Shown here: positions 39,118 through 49,726 of the stretch, in pieces | How the letters are laid out: each line of letters begins with the position of its first letter | How positions within the stretch are numbered: position 1 is the first letter of the stretch | Source of the DNA: Octopus sinensis | Taxonomy: Eukaryota | Assembly (NCBI RefSeq): GCF_006345805.1 | Contig: NC_043000.1 | Coordinates: forward strand, 85,870,001 to 85,934,000 | DNA: 64,000 bases | Direction of reading: 5' to 3' | Translations under genes and position numbers: made by a program | Notes under the pieces: generated by a model | Told to the model about the DNA's origin: nothing | The model's input: the letters and a program-made list of their open reading frames with translations, nothing else | The model's database searches: none

Positions 39118-41018
39118 GAAAAAGAATATCAAGAATGCTTGTTGAACAGTCATAGAGTATGAGGAAACATATTTGATCATTAGGACAGTCTTTTAATTCT
39201 GGCTTTAGTTCACAAATAGTTTTAATTCTAGTTCACTATATTTCTTGATTGGCCCATTGAAATGAACTGAATCATACACTTGTAGTTGTATTCAGCAATA
39301 TTAGGTTATGTACAATTGATTCAGAAATATCATGCCAATGTCCTTTTAAAGAATTCCATGAATGACTAAGTCAATGAGAGAGTCTTTGTCTACAAGGGGT
39401 AAGTACCTCAAGAGGCAAGTACCTCAAAAAGGTTAGAACTGCTCATAGTTCTTTTGGGGATCTACAGAATTTTGAAATGTGTTCCTATTTCTTACTCATG
39501 AAACAAGTAATAAAGTGGATTGTGATCATGCAATGAAAATTTCCCATAGAAATAAAGCCTTTAACCTGCAACAAGGGGCAGTTACACAAGAAGAAGCTTA
39601 TTTAGAAGTTTGACTTGTAGAATTCAAAAGTTCTCCTTAAGCCACTTCACAAGGTAACTGCACTATTTTCTATTTGTATGGCAGAGTCATAGAACTGAGA
39701 CTCTTTCTTGGTATTTATGAAGCATGAACCTGATTTATGGTTGAAGTAACAGTTAAAGTTTTGTTTTCCAGTAGCTTGTTTCATATAGAGACCTAAGGGA
39801 GCTGGTTGTGAATGAATGGAAATATATTCATCTTTTTATACGTCAGCCATTACATTTTTGAAGTTACAATCTAAGACATATTTCTAACCAGGTCTTACAT
39901 ACATCCCAACAGATTCTATTGTCAATTGTTTGCAAGAGATGATCTTGTGTACTACTATGGCATCCTTTGTCAATTAAATAAAGCCAATTTTAAGCAGTTA
40001 AAGCATCATTGTGAACAACATATTAAAAGATTATTTAAAAATTATTTTGGTTTAACAAAGTTTGCTAGTAGTCCCTGATAAGAGCCACCAGTCCATTCAA
40101 GAATAGATTTATACTGAGTAAAGCAAACAGTCAATGCTTAAAGGTGTGTAAAACTTCAGGAGCTGTTGAAGCTGCTTCAAGTTCTTTCTCATATTATAAT
40201 TCCCGCTCTGTTTTCATGTTTTCATGATTACAATTTTTAGTAAATTAAATGGAAAGGTGAGTCACTGAAGATGAGAGATATTGGTAGAATAATATAATCA
40301 GTGGTTTACAAGAGTATTTATAGTAGTAGTAGGTACTAACTGTTGAATTTTGTGGTGATTTAGTAACCATTTCTAATCTTATATAAAACATTATTTACAT
40401 AGAATTGTAAAAATATGAAATCTTGCTATTTAAAAAAAAATGTTAATTGAAAGTGTACAAAAATGTTTATTGAAACTGTGTAAAAATATCTATTTTGTTA
40501 AATCTTCTGTAACAAATGGTATTAACTACATTAACAACTTGTTTCATAATTGCTTAAAGAGATCAGGAATTGTGAGTAATAATCAATGACAAGGTGAAAA
40601 TATTTTTAGCATATATGTTGTGGATGTGTAAAATACCGAACAATATCATCATTTTATTTGTTATTCGTCATAATATCTATTTAAATATATATTATGTAAA
40701 ATATATTTTATATCTTTATTGGAAATTTTTCTAGAACATTATCTTTTTATTTATGGCATAATCACTAAAGGTATTAAACATAATACAAAGTGTAGCCAAA
40801 AATCTCCCAGATTCTTCATTCTTGGCCATGTAAAATGTAGGAAGGTTTTTCTGCCATAGTCTTTAACTGTATCATTTTTAGCTTTTAAAGCACTTTGAGA
40901 GGTAATCTTGAGCTGGAAGCTTAGGATTACTTTTTCTACCAACTTGGCCAACCCATGTCAATAAAGAAAGCATATCTATTATGATATACTTGACTATGAG
41001 AGTATCCAGTTTTATGTG

Positions 41019-41083
<65 letters not shown>

Positions 41084-41422
41084 GAGAAATTATTATCCTC
41101 ATTAATGTTTTTATATCTGCTCATCCAAGGACTGGACGTTTATAAAATTGCCTCTATCTTGTCTACACACATTTCCTTTACAGGCTTTCATTCCTCTTAG
41201 GTCACTCCTACCATGATAGTTCTTGGTTATCTTAGATTTGCATCCGTTAAGAGTGTGAACTCCCAAATGACCTACAATATTTAAGTACTAATTTATATTT
41301 TTATCACTCTCTTTTCCTTCCTCCATCTTTCTCTCTCTCCCTCCTTGTGTGTATGTATGTATGTGTGTGTGGTGTGTGTGTGTGTGTATATATGTATACA
41401 CACACACATATACATACATATG

Positions 41423-41483
<61 letters not shown>

Positions 41484-42284
41484 TGTATATTTATATGTGT
41501 ACATATATACACATAAATATATATACACATACTTGCATGCATGAATGCACACACACACACACACACACATTTCCACTTCAATCAGTGTTGCATTTGTGCA
41601 AATGTATACAAATTAAAGATTCTATTTTTTATGAAGTCACTAATATTCCATAGCTAGTAATGCCTCCAGCATTATAACCAGCACTAAATTAGGTTCTTGT
41701 CAGTGTTCATTTAACTCTGATTGCTGTGAGACCAAGAAGAAACAATGTATAACTGTATTGAATTCGTCTTACTTTATACACAAATGCCAAGAACATTTTA
41801 AAAACTGGCAAAACAAAATTCTTAGATTTTTAACAAAATATATGTAGGTTAAGAAAAATAAATATTTATAATTTTGCTGTGGAATGAAATTTGGAGGAGA
41901 TAAACCCCAAGTTTTTGCAACAATGTGGATTAAGGATTTTTTAATGGCTTTCAGATTAACACCAGCAAGCCAATTTGTACACCCTATGTGAATTAATATT
42001 CTTTTTCTAGAGGGTTGTAAGCTTTTTATTTATTTATACAGGAACTTGAGAGGAACACATTCTGATATGAAATTAAAAGTTCAATACCTGTGATTTTGGT
42101 GAAAACTTATGGGAGATTTTCAACTAACACACACACACACACACACACAACACACACAAACACACACACACACAGACACACACACACACACAGACACACA
42201 CACACACAGAGACACACGTATGTATATGTGTATCTGTGTATGTGTGTGTATGTTTATGTGTGTGCGTGTGTATACATATTCTTT

Positions 42285-42506
42285 TATTTTTTTACTTGTT
42301 TCAGTCATTTGACTGCAGCCATGCTGGAGCATTGCCTTAAAGAACGTTAGTCAGAGAAATCGACCCCAGGACTTATTCTTTGCAAGCCTAGTACTTATTC
42401 TACTGTTCTCTTTTGCTGAATCTCTATGTTATGGGGACATAAACACACCAGCATCGGTTTTCAAGCAATGGTGGGAGGACAAACACAGACACATACATAA
42501 AAATAT

Positions 42507-42595
<89 letters not shown>

Positions 42596-42752
42596 ACAGG
42601 CTTCTTCCATTTTCTGTCTACTAAATCCACTCAAAATTTGGTTGGTCTAAGGATATAGTAGAAGACACTTGCTCAAGGTGCCACACAGTGTGACTGAACC
42701 CAGAACCATATGGTTGAGAAGCAAGCTTCTTACCAAACAACTACACTTGCGC
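42285..42752 (-). mobile_element. SINE family C with expanded internal (TA)n (reverse)
   Basis: Colinear with 13035-13478. Confidence 0.85.
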
Positions 42753-42755
42753 CTA

Positions 42756-42793
<38 letters not shown>

Positions 42794-42901
42794 AAAACAT
42801 ATACACATACAATGTTTTTTTATGGTAAAAAACTTAACAAATTGATACTCAGAGTTTCTAAGCATAACCAATAAACAGAGAGAAGTTTTAGAACAGTACA
42901 A

Positions 42902-43540
42902 TGGTTTACAGATATTTAGAAATATTTTAGTCTTAGATCAGTACTAGCTAAACAGATGTACTTTCAAAGGTGTTCCAGTTGTGAAATTGCTACTTTTACT
43001 TCTGACATAATATTTTGGACAACGTTATCTTATGTGTCCTTTCTTTTAGAAGAAGGTTGGGTGTAACTTGAATGAGATTTATTGGTTATTTCCAATGTAC
43101 AGTGACAAACACTGAGTATCCTTCATTGATGTGGGAGGATTTGTCAGTAACTCAACATCTGAGGCAGGAAGAGAACATTTGCCCAGGATTGAGATTGGTG
43201 AGGGCTTTAAGATGCTTAGCTCCTTTTTGCATGATTGTCCATATTTGTGATAATTAGATAATTCAAATTTATTTTTACTTATAGGATATAAAATATTTAT
43301 TCATATTTTATACTATATAAATTTCTTTTCTAGTTCCAGTAGTGATTCTGCTATGAGAGCCAGGTCATCAGCATAGAGGAGCTCCCAGGGGCATCCTGTT
43401 TTGAATTCCTCTGTTATTGCCTGGAGGACTATGATGAATAAAGGGGGACTGAGCCTTGGTGTACACCTACTTCTACCCGGAATTCTTAACAAGGTTCTTT
43501 CACCTTCTGTCAGCTGGTTTACAGATATTTAGAAATATTT
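42902..43540. other. Templated insertion (587 bp) with 26-bp target-site duplication
   Basis: TSD tggtttacagatatttagaaatattt at 42902-42927 and 43515-43540. Insert = 49188-49579 (forward) + reverse complement of 51192-51044 joined to 49746-49700. Confidence 0.92.
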
Positions 43541-43753
43541 GTAAACCATTGCATTGTTCCAAAAGTTAACTTTTGTTTAATGATCAATTACAAGAAAAAA
43601 AAAAAAAAGTTTACTTTGGTATATGAATGTATTTACTTTATTCACCTTGTTTTGCAGCTATGCACTCACATATACATGTGTTTGTGTGTGTGTGTGTCTG
43701 TATGTATGCATGCATGTATGTATGTATGTGTGTGTGCATATATATATATATGC

Positions 43754-43821
<68 letters not shown>

Positions 43822-43825
<4 letters not shown>

Positions 43826-45488
43826 CGGGTAGAGGTAGGGGGTCCACCAAGGCTCAGTACTCAGCCCCCTCCTATTTATCATAGTCCTCCAGGCAATAAC
43901 GGAGGAATTCAAGACAGGATGCCCTTGGGAGCTCCTCTATGCTGATGACCTTGCTCTAATTGCTGAGTCGCTATCAGAACTGGAGGAGAAGTTTCAGGTG
44001 TGGAAACAAGGATTAGAATCGAAGGGCCTCAGAGTCAATCTAGCTAAAACCAAAGTCGTAATCAGTAGGAAGGTAGACAAATCACAAACACCTTCAGGTA
44101 GATGGCCCTGCTCGATCTGTAGAAAAGGTGTAGGTAGAAACTCTATAAGATGCACCAAGTGTAAGCTATGGACACATAAGAGATGCAGCAATGTCAAAGG
44201 AAGGCTAACTAGGAAGATGGTTTTTGTATGTGGCAGATGCTCAGGAACAATAAACACTGAAAATGCTCTGAGACCAACTTCCGTCACTTTCCAGGGAGAA
44301 AAACTAGAAATAGTTGATAGTTTCCGTTACCTAGGTGACCAAGTCAGCAGCGGGGGCGGGTGTGCTGAAAGTGTAACTGCTAGAGTAAGAATAGCTTGGG
44401 CAAAGTTCAGAGAGCTCTTACCTCTGCTGGTGACAAAAGGCCTCTCGCACAGAGTGAAAGGCAGACTGTATGATGCGTGTGTACGAACAGCCATGCTACA
44501 TGGCAGTGAAACATGGGCCGTGACTGCTGAGGATATGCGTAAGCTCGCTAGAAATGAAGCCAGTATGCTCCGATGGATGTGTAATGCCGGTACTCACACT
44601 CGGCAGAGTGTAAGTACCTTGAGAGAAAAGCTGGACCTAAGAAGCATCAGTTGTGGTGTGCAAGAGAGACGTTTGCGCTGGTATGGTCATGTGGCGAGAA
44701 TGGATGAAGATAGTTGTGTGAAAAAGTGCCACACCCTAGCGGTTGAGGGAACCTGTGGAAGAGGCAGACCCAGGAAAACCTGGGACGAGGTGGTGAAGCA
44801 CGACCTTCGAACTTTAGGTCTCACTGAGGAAATGACTAGAGACCGAGACCTCTGGAAGTGTGCTGTGCGCGAGAAGACCCGGCAGGACAAGTGAGTCCAC
44901 AACCCGTGGCCTTCTACATGGGATGGAGCCAGCCTACGTATGCATACCTTCCCTTCTTGGGACACAAAACTCTACTTGTGAAGACGTGTTGAGGCAAGTG
45001 AGGATCAGAATCGAAATTGATCAATGGAAATTGCGGATGTGCTACCAGTGCCGGTGGCATGTCGAAACTCTGCTTGTGAAGACCCATTGAGGCAAGTGAG
45101 GATCAGAATCGAAATCGATCAATGGAAATTGCAGATGTGTTACCAGTGCCGGTGGCATGTAAGAGAACTTTCCGTTTCGCGACCGTTGCCAGCACCGCCC
45201 CGTTTCGTGTCCGTTGCCAGCCTCGCCTGGCCCTCATGCCGGTGGCACATAAAAAGCACCATCCGTTCGTGGCCGTTTGCCAGCTCTGTCTGGCACCAGT
45301 GCGGGTGGCACGTAAAAAGCACCCACTACACTCATGGAGTGGTTGGCATTAGGAAGGGCATCCAGCCGTAGAAACACTGCCAGATTTGACTGGGCCTGAT
45401 GAAGCCTTCTGGCTTCACAGACCCCAGTAGAACCGTCCAACCCATGCTAGCATGGAAAACGGACGCTAAATGATGATGATGATGATGA

Positions 45489-45492
<4 letters not shown>
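43822..45492 (+). mobile_element. 5'-truncated RTE-clade LINE (copy 1) inserted in (TA)n
   Basis: RT motifs [46 protein letters not shown] (frameshift near 43838; ORF 43998-44894); 3' UTR with tandem modules; (GAT)n tail; (TA)n on both sides. Confidence 0.95.
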
Positions 45493-45550
<58 letters not shown>

Positions 45551-45678
45551 CTATAAATCTTTAGTTAAATATATTCAATGAGAATATTATATATAGAATT
45601 TACATTGAGTGCTCTATTGTATCATAGTATTAATACTATTAAAGTATTTATACATTTAATATGAGCGATTATATATAC

Positions 45679-46078
45679 TATATAATATATTGTTAATAAT
45701 ATCAGGAAATCAATATCAGAAAATTCTTCAGGAAGATATATACATGTGTAGAATATATTTATATTTTTGATAAAAAAACCATTTGATAGATTATACAAAT
45801 TTCACATTTTATACCTCTGAGGAGCAGAAATGTTGTCTATAAATGCTTATCAAATTTAGGATTCCATTATAGGAACAACACTTCTGCGAAACGATCATAA
45901 GATGCTTTAAAATCTTAATTCAAAACTTTTAAACTTTTATTATTATATATTTATACATATTTACATATAATTATATATAGTTATATTTTTAATACAACAA
46001 TTATTCTATACATGTATATATCTTCCTGAAGAATTTTTTGATATTGATTTCCTGATATTATTAACAATATATTATATA
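45679..46078. repeat. 77-bp inverted repeats (45679-45755 / 46002-46078) enclosing a hammerhead-like motif
   Basis: tatataatatattgttaataatatcaggaaatcaatatcagaaaattcttcaggaagatatatacatgtgtagaata and its reverse complement, 2 mismatches. Confidence 0.85.
45810..45905 (+). ncRNA. Degenerate minimal type-I hammerhead ribozyme-like motif
   Basis: CTGAGGA (45817-45823), long stem II gcagaaatgttgt/acaacacttctgc, GAAA (45888-45891), ACGATCAT (one CpG-type change from palindrome ACGATCGT), UA, weak stem I atacct/agatgc. Confidence 0.55.
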
Positions 46079-46124
46079 TATTATAAATGTGTCGAGTGTC
46101 CTTTCATTTGTCCACTCATTCATG

Positions 46125-46171
<47 letters not shown>

Positions 46172-46363
46172 CTTATACATAAATGCCTTGTTATGCTCTG
46201 TTATGCTACATAATTATGTATTATCAACTTAACTGAGTCATATTGAGAATACATACATACATCGCACTCTGAATCAGAGCAAAATTATACATGCTTCAAG
46301 TATATAAATATATTTAGGTCCACCGCCACCCACTGCAACTCTCACTCTCTCTCTCTACTCATG

Positions 46364-46403
<40 letters not shown>

Positions 46404-47575
46404 TGCATGATTGTATTTGTATTAAAATTTATCTAAGAATTGCATTCCAAGTCAGTACCAAAACCATGAATAATTCAGAGTGCTGTTTTCTGGTAATTTT
46501 TGAGAAACTTGAAGTAATGCAATCCTGTGTTAGCTGATATAAAGAAATATATACTTTACAAAATGTATTGACTACTCTTTTCTACCATGTATATGTAAGG
46601 TGGAAGTGGGGTCAGGGGCGAATAGCATTCAATAACCAATTCTGATCAGTACTCTACAGAATACTCAAGTGTGAAAGAAATGGGTGTGGAAGGACGAAGA
46701 GGTAAGTATTAATGATTACACTAGAATACTTAACTGGAAGAAAAGAATAAGGAAAGGAGAAGAAAATGAAAAAGGCCATCATTTGAAATTGGCTGACTTG
46801 TCAGAGGTCATTGCAATAAGAAAGTGGAGTAGTGGTTTCTGTAATGGGTAAGATGCTTGACAGATTGGAACATAATTACATAAGTAGATACCTGTCTAAA
46901 AAACTGAGAGAAAGGCATTTTAGTATATAATACTCATTAATGTAAAGTATAGCAAGATATATTTGTTTATTCTTCTTGTAAGGGCCATTATCTGATTGAA
47001 CAAAAGCACATACACACATATACATACACATCTATATAGTTGAAGTCAAACTGTCCAAGTGCAGCCACTTCCTGCACATTGACCATCCATCTTAGTATAA
47101 GTTTACTTGTCACTGGTCACTTCTGAGACAGCTTATAGTCTAAACAATCATTCACCTCCAACTCATACTGCAAGTTGGACATTTGATCTATTCTAATGGA
47201 TCTTAGTCTATTTGGGTGGCATGCTTTGAGATGGCATTTTAACTCAACCATTTAACAGCATACTTTGCTACATAAGCCACATGGAAGGTCAGATGGGGTG
47301 TTATATTGCTTTTTGGCATCATGAGTAACATGACCCTGTTCCTGGCTGAGCAATGCAAATTTTGAAAGGCATACACAATTATAGACCTGGTATTATAAGG
47401 GACTGTCTAGAGCCCTATTCTAGGAGTGGTACTTCAGCCTTCCTATGTTTCCAGTATGTTTCAATTGTGCAAGCTAAGCACTTGAAGTGATTTATTCACT
47501 TAGGTATTTAAATAATTATGGGTATGTATGTACGGTGAACATTTTCGTTTTTAATAATATCAAATTGTTACTTAC

Positions 47576-48649
47576 TATTAACTCTTGCTGAAGTTGTGAT
47601 ATAAGGACCTTCAGTAATTCGATCTGATTCGATTTCTGTATATCAATCTGTTCCTTCTCTGAACTATTGTTTGGAAGTGTCTGTTGAATGTTGTTATCAT
47701 CTGTAGTTTGAATAGACCTTTCATTTGGCTGGGAGGGGTATAATTGAAGTTGTTCTTGTTGATTAGAGTGTAGTCGAATGCTGCTGTCATTAATATTCTT
47801 GCTATCAAGGCCACTAATATCTTTAGCAGCCACATTTTGTTTTTCAAGCAACAATGATGTATAATTTTTCTCTAACAAGCTATAGTTTTCAATTGCTGCA
47901 TTTAATTTTTGTTTTAGCTCACTGTTTTCATTGAATGATATTTCAAGGTCTTCAATAACATTCTCTTTCTCCAGGAATAATTTTTTGTTTTCATCCCTCA
48001 GTGTCTGCAAATGATTCAATATTATACTTTGGTCTTGTAGAACTTCTGAGCAGCTGTTCAGTTGAATACTTCTTTTTAACCCATCTTCTTCTATCACATC
48101 CTCTGTTTCTGGATTCCTCTGTTGACTCGTTCTTAAATCAGTGTCTGAATGCTTGTTTATTATATTTTGCTTGCCTTGCTCCCAGTTCTCAAAATTAGGA
48201 TTAATAGTTTCAGGGATTTCTTGAATAACATTCTTTGTTTCCAAGGCAGCTATTTCATTTTGGGCTACCCATTTGGTGTTAGTTACCTTTTCAAGGACTT
48301 CTTGCATTTTATCCCGTTCTTCAAGGAGTTTCTCATAATCCTCTTGCAGTATGTCCCCAGCATTGACTAGGTCTTGGTGTTCTTTTTGCAGAAGCAGGTA
48401 ATCTTGTTTGAGTTGTTCAAGTTCCAGTGTTAGTAAGTCATTTTGTTGCTGTATTGGAGATAACTGACTGTCTTGCCCACTGTCAATACTCTCATCAGAG
48501 TCTTTCCTCATAAATCGATTATAAACTTTACTTAATTGAAAAGATAACTGTTCAATTTGAAAGTGCAAGCATTCATTTTTGGCTAGTAGATCATTAACTT
48601 TATCATCTGTAACGAAATCAGCTTGGGTTTCTGAATCTTGGCCCTGATT
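47576..48649 (-). CDS. Internal exon of an unidentified long coiled-coil protein (358 codons, phase 0/0)
   Basis: Open frame within ORF 47516-48676. Strong acceptor ttttctttttcttttcctttcag| before 48649 and consensus donor |gtaagt after 47576. E/Q/L/K-rich heptad-like segments (LLTLELEQLKQDYLLLQKEHQDL). No family motif recognised. Confidence 0.85.
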
Positions 48650-49726
48650 CTGAAAGGAAAAGAAAAAGAAAAACAACAGCTAAATAATTAAATTTTCTCA
48701 CCATTACTAATTATCATATTTTTAGTTTTGGAAAAGAAGGTTACCGAAAAGCTGCAGTTCTATCAATGAAGAACAGAGGAATAAGTATTTTTTAGAGCAA
48801 TCATCTAACAAATGGAAAGATTAGACAGTAAAACATTTCATATTTATTTTAATATTTATAAAATAATTCTTTAACATTATGAAGTCTTTCATCAAGAAGA
48901 TAATAATTTTTGTTAAAAAGCTTAAAACAAAAGAGAAAATTAAGAAAACAATATTGTTGAGTTGAAGTATGTCTTGGTTGGTCCATCTAATTATATGATA
49001 TTTTCACTGATATAATCCCTGACTGTCTTCAGGCACCATGATTTTGCAACAATTCATATATTCCAAGCTGCTATAATTTGACTCCAAATCTTTTAGAGAA
49101 GATTGATCATTCTTTAATTGTTTCTGCATACTCTTTTAATTAATCAATTTTAACAAATGATATATAATTTTATTAAGCATTGCTATTTAGTCTTAGATCA
49201 GTACTAGCTAAACAGATGTACTTTCAAAGGTGTTCCAGTTGTGAAATTGCTACTTTTACTTCTGACATAATATTTTGGACAACGTTATCTTATGTGTCCT
49301 TTCTTTTAGAAGAAGGTTGGGTGTGACTTGAATGAGATTTATTGGTTATTTCCAATGTACAGTGACAAACACTGAGTATCCTTCATTGATGTGGGAGGAT
49401 TTGTCAGTAACTCAACATCTGAGGCAGGAAGAGAACATTTGCCCAGGATTGAGATTGGTGAGGGCTTTAAGATGCTTAGCTCCTTTTTGCATGATTGTCC
49501 ATATTTGTGATAATTAGATAATTCAAATTTATTTTTACTTATAGGATATAAAATATTTATTCATATTTTATACTATATATATATATATATAGGCCTAGGC
49601 TTAGCTGATTCCCAACTATGTGGTTTGAGTTCAATCCTGCTGTGGGCATACATCTTCTACTGCAGCCCTCAGCCAACCAAAACCTTAGGAGTGAATTTAG
49701 CTGACAGAAGGTGAAAGAACCTTGTT

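Noticed and set aside
46660-46701. 42-nt plus-strand candidate exon (tacag| ... GAG|gtaagta)
   Set aside because: Good donor but poor pyrimidine tract, a competing AG, and no partner exons; expected by chance in 64 kb.
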